Assembly: GCA_963745035.1 (NCBI GenBank)
Contig: CAVUVW010000021.1
Span: 1-64,000 of the forward strand
Source of the DNA: an uncultured delta proteobacterium
GTDB taxonomy: Bacteria > Desulfobacterota > Binatia > UBA9968
DNA length: 64,000 bases
Direction: 5' to 3'
This document shows, piece after piece, positions 61,252-64,000 of the stretch. The notes below the pieces were generated by a model, which searched no databases, was not told the origin of the DNA, and was given only the letters and a program-made list of their open reading frames with translations. Position 1 is the stretch's first letter. Every line of letters starts with the position of its first letter. Position numbers and translations under genes: made by a program.

Positions 61252-61888
61252 TCCTCCGTCGGTACTTTTTTTTAGACGACTCCAATAATCGACCAGCATA
61301 CAATCTCCCGTCATCCTGCCTTTCTCCCGATTCAGATTGTGCTCTTTGGATTTCCAACCCTTCATTCCGTCGGTTTCTCTGTAGAGCAGACGCCGTGCCG
61401 GGCTGAAGATCCGCCGGATTTACCGTGTTGTCGTGTATTGTCTTGAGAAATACGAGGTCGAGCGGAGGCAGGGCAGACCGGGGCATGCTGGAGAAATGCT
61501 GTTTCGGTCAAATATGCCGGACCGAGGTCTGGTTGGCATAGGAGGGGCTTACGCGGAAATGGTTATCCAAAGGCTGCAAAGCGGGGCGAAAAATCCAGCC
61601 TTGGCGCAAACGACGCAAAGAAAGGTGCCGATGGAATGCCTAGTAGTGAAAGGTCTCCTGGGACTTTTTGGACGAAAAGGTCTCCTGCGACGGACTTTGC
61701 TCAAAGCCACAGCGGAGAAACATGTCAAAGGTATTGTAATTTCGAGACCACGCCGGATCGAGAGCTGCCGGCGCCCAACTCGGGGAAGTGGGGAGCGCCA
61801 TCAACGTCTCCACCCGGGTTGGATAATTTCTTCCATGAGCGGATCGACAAACGCCTGGTTGCCATCGTCAGCTCCTCGGGACCAGGCT

Positions 61889-62869
61889 TCATCTTTTTTC
61901 TTTCAGAACCTCGTCGACCCAGGTGTAGTCCACGACTTTAGGCACCGGCACGGCGCTTGGGATCAACTTTGCGGCGAGCGCTTCATCATAGATGGCCTGC
62001 AAGTCTTTGAGAGGGATCTTGCCGTCAGAGGTAAATCCGTTCAGCCAGACCCGGTAGGATTCTTCGGCGACCTTCGGCGTGAGCTTCCATTTGTTCTGAA
62101 TATAATTGACCATCCAGCTCTTTTCCCGGCGGTTGAATTCCATCGCCTCGAAAGTCGCGCGCACGACCGCCTTCACTCCCGCCGGATCTTTCTTGAGCTT
62201 GGCCTCGTGGGTGGCGATGCCGCCTGAGGCGGAGCGCTGGTTAAATTCCAGCGCCGATGCGAGCTCGCGATAGCCTTTTTGCGTCATCACGAAATTATGC
62301 GGCAAAGAAAGCAAAGCGGCGGCGACGTGGCCTTGGCTGAGCGACTGAACGCTGTTCGAAACCGAGCCGGTCTGAATGAATGTCACTTGTTCGGGGTTGA
62401 CGCCCTTGCGCCGGACTAGATCGCGGGCGACGATGTCTTGCAAGGTTGCCAGACGGTCGACGGCAACGGTCTTGCCGACGAGGTCTTCCATACGCCGGAG
62501 CTCCGGACTGCCGACGAGCCAAAAAAGCGTCTTTTCGTGGGTGATCATGATGCCCTTGAAGGGCAAGCCACGCGCGGCCGCTACCAGCGGGCTTGTAATG
62601 CCCGTGAGATAGTCGATCTCGCCGGCGACTAGCGCCGAAGTCTGCACCGCGCCGGCCATCTGGACCATATCGACGTCGAGCCCGTGCTTTTTGTAGATGC
62701 CGGCATCCTTGGCGACAAAGAACGTAAGAAAAGTAAGGCTGAATGCCGGGTAGCCGATGCGCACTCGTTTCAACTCCTGGGCGTGAAGCGCGGAGTGGAA
62801 GAGAAGGAATAGGCCCGCGGCAATTGTGCGGGCGATGCAGCGGCGAAGGGCGCTGTTTCGGCGAATCAT
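61889..62869 (-). CDS. ABC substrate-binding protein, NitT/TauT-like
   Basis: VRIGYP, AKDAG.YKKHGLDV, ALVAGEIDY, DLVGKTVAV, VDY..VDE. Confidence 0.85.
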   Translation of the reverse strand: MIRRNSALRRCIARTIAAGLFLLFHSALHAQELKRVRIGYPAFSLTFLTFFVAKDAGIYKKHGLDVDMVQMAGAVQTSALVAGEIDYLTGITSPLVAAARGLPFKGIMITHEKTLFWLVGSPELRRMEDLVGKTVAVDRLATLQDIVARDLVRRKGVNPEQVTFIQTGSVSNSVQSLSQGHVAAALLSLPHNFVMTQKGYRELASALEFNQRSASGGIATHEAKLKKDPAGVKAVVRATFEAMEFNRREKSWMVNYIQNKWKLTPKVAEESYRVWLNGFTSDGKIPLKDLQAIYDEALAAKLIPSAVPVPKVVDYTWVDEVLKEKR

Positions 62870-63073
62870 GGGCTTTCTCGCGGTAAACGCGGGCGCCGGA
62901 CACGATTGACATGAGGCGCGCGTTCGACCATCTTCGCGGTGATCAATGCCGCCCATGCTTTTCATGGGCGGTTGCATCACCGCTTGGCGCCGCCGCGCAC
63001 GGCAACGATTTTCTCCGCGTCGGCGCAAGCGCGGAATTGCTTAACGTGGTCGGTCGCCCAACTCATGTTGTGA

Positions 63074-63950
63074 TCAGGCGCGCAGGTTTTTTCTCAGAAA
63101 ATCCAGCGTCCGCGCCCAGGCCTCCTGCGCCGCTTGAGCGTGGTACCGTTCAGCGTTGCTATCGTTGTTAAATGCGTGTTGGGCGCCGGAATATATCTTG
63201 TGATCGTAAACCTTGTTGTATTTTTTCATCGCGGCCACGGTTTCGTCGATGCCCTTGTTAACGCCCGGGTCCTTCTCGCCGTAGTGGGCCATCAAGGGCG
63301 CGCGGATATTTTTCACCGAATCGAGCGGGCTCGGGCTACGGCCGTAGAAAACTACCGCGGCGTCGAGCGCATTCAACTGCGTCGCGGACGCAAAAGTCAT
63401 TTCGCCACCCCAGCAAAAACCAATCAAGCCGTGCCTGTCGGCTCGCACGTCAGGAAGCACGTTGAGATAGGCAAATCCCGACGCGACGTCCTCCGCCACG
63501 TTCTGCCACGGAGTAGTTTCACGAATGTTGGAGATTCCGCCACCCTTCGGGTTGACTTTCATGGTGCCGCCTTGGCGCGATAAGAAGTCCGGCGCGAGGG
63601 CCACGTAACCTTCCTTGGCGAGTCGGCGCGCGATATCGCGGATATGATCGTTGAGCCCTTGCATTTTCGTGGATGACGATGACGCCGGGGTATTTTCCTG
63701 CCTTCACCGGACGGGCGAGATACGCGGCCACTGGCCCGGCCTTACCATCGTAACTGACATTATGGGTGAGAACCGCCGGGTCGTTGTCAGCGACCTGAGC
63801 GGCGCCTGCCTTCGCCGACCCAAGCGCGGCGATCATCCCGCTGGCAGCGGTCAGGCTACCCGTAATCATGACCGCTTGGCGCATGAACTCGCGGCGGGAA
63901 ATTTTACCGCTGCGGAAATCCTGCCACAGTCGTTTGATTTCTTCTGCCAT
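63074..63950 (-). CDS. Tat-exported dienelactone hydrolase (frameshift near 63661)
   Basis: SRREFM Tat motif; YLARP, VIVIHEN.GLN.HI.D.ARRLA..GY.ALAPD, GFCWGG, HYGEKD, HAF.ND. Confidence 0.9.
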
Positions 63951-64000
63951 AGTGCCTCCTTTTAATTTCCTCGCCGGACTACCCAGCGGGCTGGTGAAGC

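Noticed and set aside
61433-62227. 264-aa plus-strand ORF
   Set aside because: Overlaps the binding-protein gene antisense and lacks protein-like features.

Overview
A GC-rich bacterial chromosomal segment. Its gene content (many solo substrate-binding proteins, amidohydrolases and LLM oxidoreductases beside a deltaproteobacterial-type core) is consistent with Ca. Binatia/Desulfobacterota; this placement is inference only. (1) 1.1-14.2 kb is an apparent oxalate/C1-C2 acid catabolic locus: TctCBA transporter, FadR-family regulator with a palindromic operator, a three-subunit enzyme resembling oxalate:ferredoxin oxidoreductase (OOR), an Oxc/HACL-like ThDP enzyme, formyl-CoA transferase and an ADP-forming acyl-CoA synthetase. 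(2) 14-32 kb holds accessory catabolic genes and orphan binding proteins. (3) 32-50 kb is a housekeeping block: mlaEFDC, nrdJ with tandem NrdR boxes, rpsO-pnp, M16 peptidase, dut, purB-S-Q-L-F. (4) 50-52 kb is a small decayed patch with WYL-regulator and peptidoglycan-binding remnants. (5) 52-64 kb holds more accessory genes, including an amidohydrolase lipoprotein lacking most metal ligands and a UbiD. Many intergenic gaps carry degenerate 7-9 bp tandem arrays, often as inverted arms. Single-base frameshifts in at least eight genes, including purL, are most likely read errors. I recognised no tRNA, rRNA, CRISPR array, integrase or transposase. All family assignments come from motif recognition and remembered reference sequences, not from database searches.
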